Of a stretch of DNA of 64,000 bases, positions 23,637-32,854 are shown one piece after another (the stretch's first letter is position 1; the number at the start of each line of letters is the position of its first letter). This stretch comes from a virus: the IMG/VR virus record IMGVR_UViG_3300045988_098886; one strand, 5' to 3'. Under the pieces are notes generated by a model. That model did not search any database. It saw only the letters and a program-made list of their open reading frames with translations, and was not told the origin of the DNA. A program made the translations under genes and the position numbers.

Positions 23637-24257
23637 ATGGCACACAACCCAGGAGAATACGAAAAAGTAAAAATAGCACAAGAATTAGTAGGTCTAGACT
23701 CAGGTGACCAACACTTTGTAATGTCAGCAGAAGAAGATGTTAAAGAAAGAATGGCAAGAGACGCTGCTGTCAAATTTAATAATAGTGTTGACGAATATAC
23801 AGCTAAAATGGATGACTATATTAAAGATGTTGAAGAAAAGGCAAAGAGTATTGCTGAAAACATGAATGGATTAGAAATCATGCCAGTCTTCAACTATATG
23901 ATAGTTAGACCTTATGACCAAAATCCTTATCAAAAAATTAAAGTTTCTTCGTCAGGACTTATTTATGATTTAGGTGGACACAAACCAGAGTTTAAGAACC
24001 CTGATAATGGACAATTAGAAGAAGAAGAAAACTTCATTGTTGTAGGTAAAGTAATTGAAGTAGGTCCAGAAACTAAGTATGTTAGAGAAGGAGACGATAT
24101 ATTCTTTACTAAACCTTCACAGACTCCAATACCATTCTTTAAAATGGGACTTGTCTATGTAAGTGAACAACGTGTTCTTGCAGTAGTAAATGAAAAATTA
24201 AGAGCTCGTTTCCAAAGAGCTGCAGAAGGAAAACTAAAAGCATACAATAAATTTTAA
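23637..24257 (+). CDS. protein with C-terminal GroES/Cpn10-like domain
   Basis: IMPVFNYMIVRP...SSSGLIYD...FIVVGKVIEVGPETKYVREGDDIFFTK...VYVSEQRVLAVV follows the Cpn10 pattern (drvlVk...GGI...G.VvavG...v.vGD.V.f...il.e.dilav). Confidence 0.45.
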   Translation: MAHNPGEYEKVKIAQELVGLDSGDQHFVMSAEEDVKERMARDAAVKFNNSVDEYTAKMDDYIKDVEEKAKSIAENMNGLEIMPVFNYMIVRPYDQNPYQKIKVSSSGLIYDLGGHKPEFKNPDNGQLEEEENFIVVGKVIEVGPETKYVREGDDIFFTKPSQTPIPFFKMGLVYVSEQRVLAVVNEKLRARFQRAAEGKLKAYNKF

Positions 24258-24259
24258 TT

Positions 24260-24505
24260 ATGGAAGAAAAAATATACTTTTTGCCTGGCGATGTGGTAAC
24301 ACTACGTCAGGCAATTCCTTATAAACCAACTATGATTGTTGTAAAGAAGGAAACAAAGATAATAAACCCACGTAAATCTGCTGGAATAGAAGGATTTACA
24401 GGAGGAAAAGAAGATTGCCTTAAAGGAATTAAATGTAGATGGTTCACATCAACTGGTGAATTACAAGAAGCAGTATTTAACACAAAGGATTTAATAAAAC
24501 TATAA
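24260..24505 (+). CDS. hypothetical protein (81 aa)
   Basis: ORF on the coding strand, 2-nt spacers on both sides. Confidence 0.55.
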   Translation: MEEKIYFLPGDVVTLRQAIPYKPTMIVVKKETKIINPRKSAGIEGFTGGKEDCLKGIKCRWFTSTGELQEAVFNTKDLIKL

Positions 24506-24507
24506 CA

Positions 24508-25749
24508 ATGGTTTCTAGAAGAAAACTTAGACAACAGGCCGAGAGAAACTCACAAGCTGCACAATCATCTTTAGCTAACTTTAAACCAGCAGCACCTGCG
24601 ACACCTTCTTACCCTAATTTGGGAACTAGAATTGGACAGCAACCTCAAGGACTTTCTTTCAGTGAAAGAAGTGAAATGAGAACTAAGTTAAATAACACTA
24701 ATGGTAAGAAGATGATACAGGAAACAAATGCTAAATTTAGAGGACAGCCAAGTAGATTTACTGGCTCATTTAATAATGCATTTGCGGCAGCTAGACAGAA
24801 AGGATTGCAACAATTTGAATGGAATGGTAAATTGTATGGAACACAATTAGCTACTCAACAAAAGGCTCCTGCACAGCAACAGGCTGCTCCTGCTAATGAA
24901 CCTACCTATCTCGATTCTATGAAAAGAGGTTCTCTACCACAAGTAGATGTAGTAGCAAAAAGAGTTTCAACTGCCCCTATTCCTGCTCCAGTGCAGCCAG
25001 CACAAAATACTCCAAGTGCAGACTCTTTAGGATGGGGAAGTAACCAAGGCCCTTATCGTTCAGCAGGAACTATTGCTCCTACACGAGGATTTGATAATAG
25101 AGGAGCATATTCTACGACAGGTGGTTCATTTACAAATACAGTTGGAAACAATCCAAATTACGAAACTTCTCCACAAATAAGAAGGTATACTCCTTCTTTC
25201 AGATTTCCTGGAGTTAGAAGTAACGAGAAGGGAGGAAAACTTGAAGACAAACAAAAAGCATTTGTTGCATACTTAATTCAAGCTTCTGGAGTAGATAGTG
25301 AGGATGAATTAAATGATTACATTCAAGATTTAGGACAAGAAGGATTACAAAAAGAATTGGAGAAATTTGAAGAACTTATGACACAAGGAACTGAACAAGT
25401 ACCGGCAGCAGCTAAAGGTGCAAAATTAAATTATATCAAATCATTAAGAGGACAATGTCCTGATGGATTTGAAATGCAATATTTCAAGAAAGGTGGAGTA
25501 ATGTGCAGTCAATGTATTAAAAAAGCACAAGCACAGAAAGCTACTAAGGCAGAAAAAGGAACTAAAGTAGTTCAAGACTTTAAAGCCGACATGAAGAAAT
25601 GTGGCGGAAAGATGAAAGGCAAAATGAAGAAAAAAGAAGACGGAGGAAAAGTAAAAACTATTCCCGGAGTTTTAGATACGAAAGAAAATAAACTGTCTCC
25701 AAAGAGTAAAGTACAAATAAAGAAACATTACTTTGGAGGAAAACTCTAA
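24508..25749 (+). CDS. basic Gln/Ala/Pro-rich protein (413 aa), virion-internal candidate
   Basis: Low-complexity QQKAPAQQQAAPA; KxGG motifs (NEKGGKLEDK, FKKGGVMCSQ, YFGGKL-stop); Lys-rich C-terminus. Confidence 0.65.
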   Translation: MVSRRKLRQQAERNSQAAQSSLANFKPAAPATPSYPNLGTRIGQQPQGLSFSERSEMRTKLNNTNGKKMIQETNAKFRGQPSRFTGSFNNAFAAARQKGLQQFEWNGKLYGTQLATQQKAPAQQQAAPANEPTYLDSMKRGSLPQVDVVAKRVSTAPIPAPVQPAQNTPSADSLGWGSNQGPYRSAGTIAPTRGFDNRGAYSTTGGSFTNTVGNNPNYETSPQIRRYTPSFRFPGVRSNEKGGKLEDKQKAFVAYLIQASGVDSEDELNDYIQDLGQEGLQKELEKFEELMTQGTEQVPAAAKGAKLNYIKSLRGQCPDGFEMQYFKKGGVMCSQCIKKAQAQKATKAEKGTKVVQDFKADMKKCGGKMKGKMKKKEDGGKVKTIPGVLDTKENKLSPKSKVQIKKHYFGGKL

Positions 25750-25756
25750 GTAACTT

Positions 25757-26344
25757 ATGCAGAAAATATTTCTATATGATAATGTAAATAATAGAATAGA
25801 GTTAAATGTTCCGGAAATTTTACTCACTCGTGAGTTTAAAGCCCTAATGGATAAAAAAAGAAATATTACTCCCAAGGATAAAGAAGGAAAACTTGGAACT
25901 CAAGCATTTAAAGAATTTACATATATATGGCTGGCATTAGATTGGCTATCTCCTTATGCTGATTATGCAGAACAAGAGAGACACCAAGAAGCTTTAAAGG
26001 ACGCAGGACTTACTCAGGCAGAGTTTGATGACCCAATATTTAGGGCAGCTTGTAGAAAATACAGAGCTTTACAAGAAGAAACTCGTTCAATAAAGATGCT
26101 AAAAGCAGCTCAAAACACGGTTGATAAATTTATTGACTATTTCAATAACATAGACCCAGAAGAGAGAGATTTACAAACTGGCAAACCTATCTTTAAAGTA
26201 AAAGATATTATGGCAGAAATCTCTAGTTTATCTAAAGTTAATGATGAACTGAAGGCATTAGAAGGTCAGGTTAAGAAAGAACTCGTTGAAGATTCTTCTT
26301 TACGTGGTGGTGCTACTGATGGATTTATACCTAAAGACTTTTAA
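25757..26344 (+). CDS. hypothetical protein; small terminase subunit candidate by position only
   Basis: 195-aa helical ORF immediately upstream of TerL. Confidence 0.3.
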   Translation: MQKIFLYDNVNNRIELNVPEILLTREFKALMDKKRNITPKDKEGKLGTQAFKEFTYIWLALDWLSPYADYAEQERHQEALKDAGLTQAEFDDPIFRAACRKYRALQEETRSIKMLKAAQNTVDKFIDYFNNIDPEERDLQTGKPIFKVKDIMAEISSLSKVNDELKALEGQVKKELVEDSSLRGGATDGFIPKDF

Positions 26345-26346
26345 TT

Positions 26347-28650
26347 ATGGCTAGAGGAAGAAAAAAGAAAGTTGTTGAAGAACCTACTTTAGATATCCTT
26401 CCGGAAAGAGTCCAACGAATATTACAAGAAGTAAAACAGAAAGAGGACCAAGAGTTCAAGGATGAAATTACTTCTCTAATAAAGGCTAGAAAAGGAGAAT
26501 GGGATGTCACTATAAATGATGATATCCCATTTTTTGATTCCAATCTATCCTACGAACTTACAGGATATAAACCTATTGATGACAAACACGGATTGGACTT
26601 TGACCCAGCTTGGTATACTGAAGCTAAGGATACATTTATGAGAACAGGACATTACTGTACTTATAGATTTGGAACCAAGCCTTATAATGACTTCTGGACG
26701 CAAGAATATATAAGATGTAGAGATGGAATGACAGTTAATGGATATACAATTACTGGTGATAATTATTTCTTCTTGAATTATTATCAATTAATGGACTTGA
26801 CATCGGCTGACAAAGCCGGTGGTGGTAGACTTTATGACTTCCCAAGATTCTTCGTAAAGCAGTATGAATATTTCCATTACGTTGAATTATGTAAGAGATT
26901 AAGAAAAAATGCCATAGGACTTAAAGCCCGTGGAGTTGGATTCTCTGAAATCGGTGCTGCAATTGCAGTAAACACATATAATTGTAGAAGAAACTCTGTT
27001 ATAGTTATTGCAGCCCAACTTGAAAATTATCTTACTAAGACTCTTAGTAAATGTTGGAAACAGTTGGACTTTTTAAATGACTATACTGATGGAGGATTTT
27101 TCAAACTAAGGCAAGTAGAAGATACAGCTCTTAGTAAGAAAGCATCTGTTTATAAAGTAATAAATGGACAGAAAGTAGAAGCTGGATGGATGTCAGAAAT
27201 CACTGGTATCAATGCTGATAAGCCAAATAAGATTCGTGGTGACCGTACCGACTTATTAATATATGAAGAAAGTGGTTCTTGGCCTCAATGGAAAAGAGCT
27301 TTCGAACAGGGAGACGCTCTTGTAGGTATTCAGGGAGCAAAGTTCGGAATTAAAATGGCTTGGGGAACGGGTGGAGATAAAGGTCCTTCACTTGAAGGAT
27401 TAGCTAAAGCATATGAAGAACCTGATACATACGATGCCCTTCCTTATAGACATAAATACACTCCAACTGGTGAAGAAGTTATTACAGCTTATTTTATTCC
27501 TGCATATACTATTATTAATAGACCAGGACTTATCGATAAAAGAGGTTGGACAGACCCAGTTAAGGGTAGGGCCTATTATGAAAAGGAAAGAGACAAGAAA
27601 GCAGCCGACCCTGAAACTTTAATTATACACTGTGCTGAATATTGCTTTACAGCAGACGAAGCTCTAGCTTTAGAAGGTACTAATAAATTCAATAAGGTGC
27701 TTATTTCAGAACAGATTGCAAGAATTAGAGTTGATAAACAAGGTCAGAAAATTAGTGTAGGTTCTCTTGAATATAAGTTTAATGGCCCAGTACAAAAAGA
27801 AAATATAGTTGGCTTTAAATGGATAGAAAATTCTGCTCATGGTAAAGTACATATATTGGAACATCCTATTTGGACTATTGATGATAAACAACCTAAGATG
27901 AGGGATATGTATGTGGCTGGAATAGACAGTATTGATATTGGACAGAAGGAAACTTCTGATGCTACTAAAGACCCTTCTGATTTCTGTATTGTAATTAAGA
28001 AAAGAATTAGAGGTCTTACTGACCCTATGTATGTTGCCTATTATAAAGACAGACCTCAAGACGTGAGAGATGCATATAAAATTGCACTTAGACTTATGGA
28101 ATATTATAATTGCCAATGTGTAATTGAAGCATCTAAAGTTGCTATGATTACATGGGCTAGAGAAAATAAATGTCTTAATAGGTTTATGCGAAGACCTAGA
28201 GCTACTATGCCTGATGTTCAAAATGGACAAAGTAAACAGTATGGTGCTCCGGCAACAGTGGCAGTTATTGATTTACAAACTGATTTAATTGCAGACTTTG
28301 TAAATGACTATTGTCATACAATATGGTTCCCAGAAATGCTTGATGAACTTAATCGCTATACTGATGAGAATAAGCGAAAGTTCGATATTGTGGCAGCTAT
28401 GGGTATGGCTGAACTTGGTGACCAAGAGTTACAAGGAATAATACCTAAAGCTGTTGAGAATGTTGATGATGCATTTCAAGACTTTGGATATTATAGAGAC
28501 GAGAACGGAATTAAAAGGTGGGGAACTATTCCCAAAGAGAAACCTAATATTCCTAAGTATGATTTATTCCCTTATCATTATGACAACGACAGAACTAGAA
28601 GCAGCAATCCTCGACATAATCCGCAGATGCTACAAGATGGAATATACTAG
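26347..28650 (+). CDS. terL: terminase large subunit
   Basis: 767 aa. Walker A-like GLKARGVGFSEIGA; Walker B/coupling DLLIYEESGSW; acidic nuclease-type motifs in the C-terminal half (VAGIDSIDIG). Immediately followed by a portal-sized gene. Confidence 0.8.
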   Translation: MARGRKKKVVEEPTLDILPERVQRILQEVKQKEDQEFKDEITSLIKARKGEWDVTINDDIPFFDSNLSYELTGYKPIDDKHGLDFDPAWYTEAKDTFMRTGHYCTYRFGTKPYNDFWTQEYIRCRDGMTVNGYTITGDNYFFLNYYQLMDLTSADKAGGGRLYDFPRFFVKQYEYFHYVELCKRLRKNAIGLKARGVGFSEIGAAIAVNTYNCRRNSVIVIAAQLENYLTKTLSKCWKQLDFLNDYTDGGFFKLRQVEDTALSKKASVYKVINGQKVEAGWMSEITGINADKPNKIRGDRTDLLIYEESGSWPQWKRAFEQGDALVGIQGAKFGIKMAWGTGGDKGPSLEGLAKAYEEPDTYDALPYRHKYTPTGEEVITAYFIPAYTIINRPGLIDKRGWTDPVKGRAYYEKERDKKAADPETLIIHCAEYCFTADEALALEGTNKFNKVLISEQIARIRVDKQGQKISVGSLEYKFNGPVQKENIVGFKWIENSAHGKVHILEHPIWTIDDKQPKMRDMYVAGIDSIDIGQKETSDATKDPSDFCIVIKKRIRGLTDPMYVAYYKDRPQDVRDAYKIALRLMEYYNCQCVIEASKVAMITWARENKCLNRFMRRPRATMPDVQNGQSKQYGAPATVAVIDLQTDLIADFVNDYCHTIWFPEMLDELNRYTDENKRKFDIVAAMGMAELGDQELQGIIPKAVENVDDAFQDFGYYRDENGIKRWGTIPKEKPNIPKYDLFPYHYDNDRTRSSNPRHNPQMLQDGIY

Positions 28651-28891
28651 CAAACTTATAGTGAAAGAACTTCCAGAAGGAGGTTATTCAGCTATATTTG
28701 CAATGAATAATATTGATAAACCATTGGTAATCTCTGGACAATTGGGAGCTTGCGACTTTTTAAAATATATAGAACAAGAACTTAAAGACAAATGTCTTTG
28801 GAGAGTTGAATATTCATTAGGATATCAATCATTCCCAGAGCCTTGTCCAGAATCACCTGAACAAACAAAATGTAAAAATGAAAGATACTAA
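28580..28891 (+). CDS. hypothetical small protein between TerL and portal (alternative start 28637)
   Basis: Track ORF 28454-28891 trimmed to MTTTELEAAILDIIRR... (or MEYTSKLIV...). It overlaps the TerL 3' end and the portal start in a different frame. Confidence 0.4.
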   Translation: MTTTELEAAILDIIRRCYKMEYTSKLIVKELPEGGYSAIFAMNNIDKPLVISGQLGACDFLKYIEQELKDKCLWRVEYSLGYQSFPEPCPESPEQTKCKNERY

Positions 28892-31064
28892 AAAGAATGA
28901 AGAGTTGATGGAAGCTACCAACAGGGCAATCAGCGAGCTGGTTTATCCTAAGTACAGGTTGCAAAAAGCATACAACTACTATAACTGCAAAAGAGATGCT
29001 GAGCAGTACAGATTTCTTGAAGAAAATTATGGTATAGGTCAACCTACATCAGTAGAATTCATACCTCTTATTAGGAAACATGTGGATGCTTTAGTAGGAG
29101 AGTTTCTAGGAACTCCAATTCTTCCTAAAGTATCTTGCAAAGACTCTGCAACGATAAGTGCCATCACTCGTGAAAAAGAAGTCGCAATTTCCTCTGAGGT
29201 ATATAGTCTTCTACAAAAACACTTAAAGAACTCTATGCTTAGCTTTATTGATGGAAGAGATATTACAGATAAAGCTATAGAACAACAAATACAAAAGTTG
29301 ATTGATGATTTAGACCAATCATTTATCTCCCAATATGAAATGGCAGCTCAAAATGTTATTGAATATATCATGCAAAGTAGAGACACAGACCTTATGACTA
29401 AACTAAGAATATTGTTCTTAGATTTACTAATAACTGGTTATGCTTTCTATAGAGTAAAGCCATCTTCAAGTAAAGGGAATATTGATATAGAAGTACTCAA
29501 TCCTTTAAATACATTTATTGATAGAAATCCGGAGTCTATATATATTAAAGATTCTTATAGAGTTGTTGTAAGAAAATGGCTTACTAAGAATCAAATCTTA
29601 AATATATATGGTAGAGATTTATCAAGAGATGATATTGCTAAAATTAAAGACTCATGGCATCAGAGCTTTGATACTTCACATTACTATGTAAGGTCATTTG
29701 CTGATGTAAAGAGTGGCGCTCCTATGACAGACGGACTTGAAGCAGGAAGAGAAATAGTTCCTGGATTTCCGGATGAAGCTATTCAATCTTACAATTATAA
29801 GTTAATTCCTGTGTACGAAGTAGAATGGACTGAAACTGATAAAGACTATAACTTACAAAGATATGAAACTGTTCGTATAGGACAAGAGATTTATATCTTA
29901 AGAGGTAAAAATGAAGAAGTGATAAGAAGTAAAGATAATCCTTCTTATTGTGGTTTATCAGTAAATGGAGTCTACTTTAATGATAGAAACAATGAACCTT
30001 TCTCTCTAGTATTAGCTTGTGCTAATCTACAAGATAGATATGACTTATTACATTTCTATAGAGACAATTTAATTGCAAATAGCGGTACTACTGGAGACTG
30101 GCTAGACTTATCAGTGCTTCCAACAGCTCTTGGAGTTAAACTTCCTGAAAGAATCCAGAAATGGATTGCTTATAAGAAATCTGGAGTTGCAATTATTGAT
30201 ACATCTCAAGAAGGAAGACAATTTAATAGTAATACTACTTATTCTGGATTTGATGATACAGTTAAAGCTCAAACTATCCAAGGTATTCAAATTGCAATTG
30301 ATGCTACTGAAAACACAACAAGTTCTATTACTGGAGTCTTTAGAGAACGTTTAAATGGAATCCAACAGAAGGATGCAGTCACTAATGTACAGACAAGTGT
30401 TAATAATTCATTTATTATTACTAAGAAGTATTACCAACAAATGGATTTAGTAACTAATGAGCTTCTTCTTGATTGTTTAAACATAGCTAAAATAGTTTAT
30501 AAGAATGGATTGAAGGGAACTTTAATTCTTGGAGATAAATATCAAAGAGTCTTTACTGCACTTCCAAAATACTTTACTGTCAGTGATTATGATATTCATA
30601 TTGTAACAAGCACTGATGTTATTAAAGATATGGAATCTATTAAAGCTATTATTCCTGAATTTATTAAGAGCGGAACTCTAGAGCCAGGAATAATCTTTGA
30701 AGCATTAACTGCTAAGAGCTTAACTGAACTTAAATATAAAGTACAGAAAGCACTTAAAGTACAGAAGGATGAAAATGGTCAGATGCAGCAACTTATGCAG
30801 CAGAATGAACAACTTCAACAGCAAGTACAACAACTTCAACAACAATTACAGCAAGCTCAAAGTAAGGTCGAATCTCTTAATGAAGCTAGATTGCAAATTG
30901 AAGATAGAAAGGCTAAAGCTGATGAACAAATCGGATGGTATACAGCTAAGACTGATAGAAGGTCTAAAGATTCTAAAGCTGAAAACGACGATAAAAGAAC
31001 TGAAATTGAGTACGCTCAATTATACGATGGCAATTCTAATAATAACGAAGTAAGAAATATATAA
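28878..31064 (+). CDS. portal protein (candidate)
   Basis: 728 aa, directly downstream of TerL. C-terminal Gln-rich coiled coil (QQLMQQNEQLQQQVQQLQQQLQQAQ). Assigned by position and size. Confidence 0.6.
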   Translation: MKDTKKNEELMEATNRAISELVYPKYRLQKAYNYYNCKRDAEQYRFLEENYGIGQPTSVEFIPLIRKHVDALVGEFLGTPILPKVSCKDSATISAITREKEVAISSEVYSLLQKHLKNSMLSFIDGRDITDKAIEQQIQKLIDDLDQSFISQYEMAAQNVIEYIMQSRDTDLMTKLRILFLDLLITGYAFYRVKPSSSKGNIDIEVLNPLNTFIDRNPESIYIKDSYRVVVRKWLTKNQILNIYGRDLSRDDIAKIKDSWHQSFDTSHYYVRSFADVKSGAPMTDGLEAGREIVPGFPDEAIQSYNYKLIPVYEVEWTETDKDYNLQRYETVRIGQEIYILRGKNEEVIRSKDNPSYCGLSVNGVYFNDRNNEPFSLVLACANLQDRYDLLHFYRDNLIANSGTTGDWLDLSVLPTALGVKLPERIQKWIAYKKSGVAIIDTSQEGRQFNSNTTYSGFDDTVKAQTIQGIQIAIDATENTTSSITGVFRERLNGIQQKDAVTNVQTSVNNSFIITKKYYQQMDLVTNELLLDCLNIAKIVYKNGLKGTLILGDKYQRVFTALPKYFTVSDYDIHIVTSTDVIKDMESIKAIIPEFIKSGTLEPGIIFEALTAKSLTELKYKVQKALKVQKDENGQMQQLMQQNEQLQQQVQQLQQQLQQAQSKVESLNEARLQIEDRKAKADEQIGWYTAKTDRRSKDSKAENDDKRTEIEYAQLYDGNSNNNEVRNI

Positions 31065-31067
31065 TAT

Positions 31068-31823
31068 ATGACTCCTGTATTTAATGTATGTAAATCTAAT
31101 ACTTGCGGATTAACAATCACTGGTCTTTCAAGAGAGGCCGGTGAGTATCTGCCAGAAGATTCTACTGAAAACATAATTAACACTTTTAAGTACAGTGAAA
31201 CTGTAACTGTAAATGTTATACAATTAGATAAGATAGACGAACCTGAATTTATTAAATCTACTGTTGCGCCTCATTTAACTAACACTGATGAAGTAAAAGT
31301 AGACATATCTAAAGATGGTAACTACCGTATCTCACATATCATAATTCCCACTACAGAGTGGTTGCAAAAAGAAATAGATAATCCCAATAGTTCTCTATCT
31401 TCTTATGCAGTTGTGTATGTTTCTGACGGTTCTACAATATATAAGTACATCAATGAAGGTCTTGTTGAATGTCCTGCACTCGAACTTGCTGAAAGGAATC
31501 CTGACGGAACTACAATTTCCATAAGTGAAAAAAATACCTTTTCCATTTGTTATTTATCCAAATGTTTTGTTACTTTGTGCAATGAAATTTTAAACATGAA
31601 CCTTCTTAAATGTAAGAGTAAAAATGCAGATTTAGACGACCTAATATTCAAGAGAGACTTTGTTTGGATGACTATTAACGTAATTAAATATTCCGTTAGC
31701 CTTGGTCAGTATGCAGAAGCCCAAAGAATATTAGAACAAGTAAATACTTGCAATGGTTTTTGTGATTCAATCAATAACAAATATAAAACTTTAAACAGAA
31801 GTTCTGGATGTGGATGCAATTAG
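31068..31823 (+). CDS. hypothetical structural protein (251 aa)
   Basis: ORF in the structural block; Cys-rich C-terminus CNGFCDS...GCGCN. Confidence 0.6.
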   Translation: MTPVFNVCKSNTCGLTITGLSREAGEYLPEDSTENIINTFKYSETVTVNVIQLDKIDEPEFIKSTVAPHLTNTDEVKVDISKDGNYRISHIIIPTTEWLQKEIDNPNSSLSSYAVVYVSDGSTIYKYINEGLVECPALELAERNPDGTTISISEKNTFSICYLSKCFVTLCNEILNMNLLKCKSKNADLDDLIFKRDFVWMTINVIKYSVSLGQYAEAQRILEQVNTCNGFCDSINNKYKTLNRSSGCGCN

Positions 31824-31989
31824 TTTACTTAAACAGAAAATAATTGAGGATTATAATTCTTACGTGAAAAAACTATATAAAGGATACCGAGAAGACTATT
31901 CTTTAATTTTGCACGAAATAAGTTTTATAGAGACTCATACTAAGTTAGATAACTGTGACTTTATTTATCAACAATTAATGTTAGCATAA
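31810..31989 (+). CDS. possible 59-aa protein with GTG start
   Basis: Own translation: VDAISLLKQKIIEDYNSYVKKLYKGYREDYSLILHEISFIETHTKLDNCDFIYQQLMLA. It fills an otherwise 169-nt gap and has no ATG. Confidence 0.3.
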   Translation: MDAISLLKQKIIEDYNSYVKKLYKGYREDYSLILHEISFIETHTKLDNCDFIYQQLMLA

Positions 31990-31992
31990 CAT

Positions 31993-32853
31993 ATGTCAAA
32001 ATATAAAGTACTAGAAGACGGAGTTCTACTTGATGACTGGATGGAGGATAGTTCAGAACAGCCATACATTCCTAAGAATACTCCTAGCTGCAATTGCAAT
32101 ACCTGTCCAGACGAAGACGGGCACTTACTAAAGGATAACTTCCTTGGTGAGTTCTTAACTGAAGCTGATAAGAGAAGAGCTAGAGAGAACCTAGGACTCA
32201 AAGATATGGAAGGCGATGCAGCCAACATTACTTATAAGACAGACACTGACCCTGATATAGAATCAGTTAAAGATGCCTTAGATAAGTTGTTCTATGTTCC
32301 AATAACTATTAGCTCATTTACTGTTTCTCCTAATGAAGCAGAAACAGGTTCAGAAGTTAATACCCTTACATATAACTGGAAATATAATAAAGAGATTAAA
32401 CAACAATACTTTGACGGAGAAGAAATTAATGCTTCACTTAGAACTAAAACTATAACTGGAGCATTTAGAACTACAATATCTAAAACCTTAACTGCATCGG
32501 ACGGAACAGAATCCAAATCTAGTACTGCATCTTTAGTATTCAAAGATGGAAGATATTATGGAGCAAGTGCAGCAGACCCAACAGTTTCAGATTTAATATC
32601 TTCTTTTACAAGAAGTCTGAATCTTACTAGAGGGAATAGTTTTACAGTTAATGCAAGAGAAGGTCAATATATTTATCTTCTAGTTCCCTATTCTTTAAAG
32701 GATATTTCCTTTTCAGTAGGAGGATTTGAAGGTGGTTTCTTTATAATAGACGATAACTATCAATTCACTAGATATGAAGGAGTTACACTAAGATGTGTCC
32801 TTTTTAGAAGTGATAATCCGGGCTTAGGAAGTACAACAGTAACTATTAAATAA
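31993..32853 (+). CDS. tail/fibre-associated protein (286 aa)
   Basis: ORF in the structural block. The beta-rich C-terminal half looks Ig-like (by eye only). Confidence 0.6.
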   Translation: MSKYKVLEDGVLLDDWMEDSSEQPYIPKNTPSCNCNTCPDEDGHLLKDNFLGEFLTEADKRRARENLGLKDMEGDAANITYKTDTDPDIESVKDALDKLFYVPITISSFTVSPNEAETGSEVNTLTYNWKYNKEIKQQYFDGEEINASLRTKTITGAFRTTISKTLTASDGTESKSSTASLVFKDGRYYGASAADPTVSDLISSFTRSLNLTRGNSFTVNAREGQYIYLLVPYSLKDISFSVGGFEGGFFIIDDNYQFTRYEGVTLRCVLFRSDNPGLGSTTVTIK

Positions 32854-32854
32854 C

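Noticed and set aside
27706-28230. 174-aa antisense ORF inside TerL; similar cases at 41154-41603, 46936-47316, 11067-11559, 13893-14249 and 4793-5155
   Set aside because: These are shadow ORFs on the strand opposite long, motif-supported genes. AT-rich genomes generate many of them.
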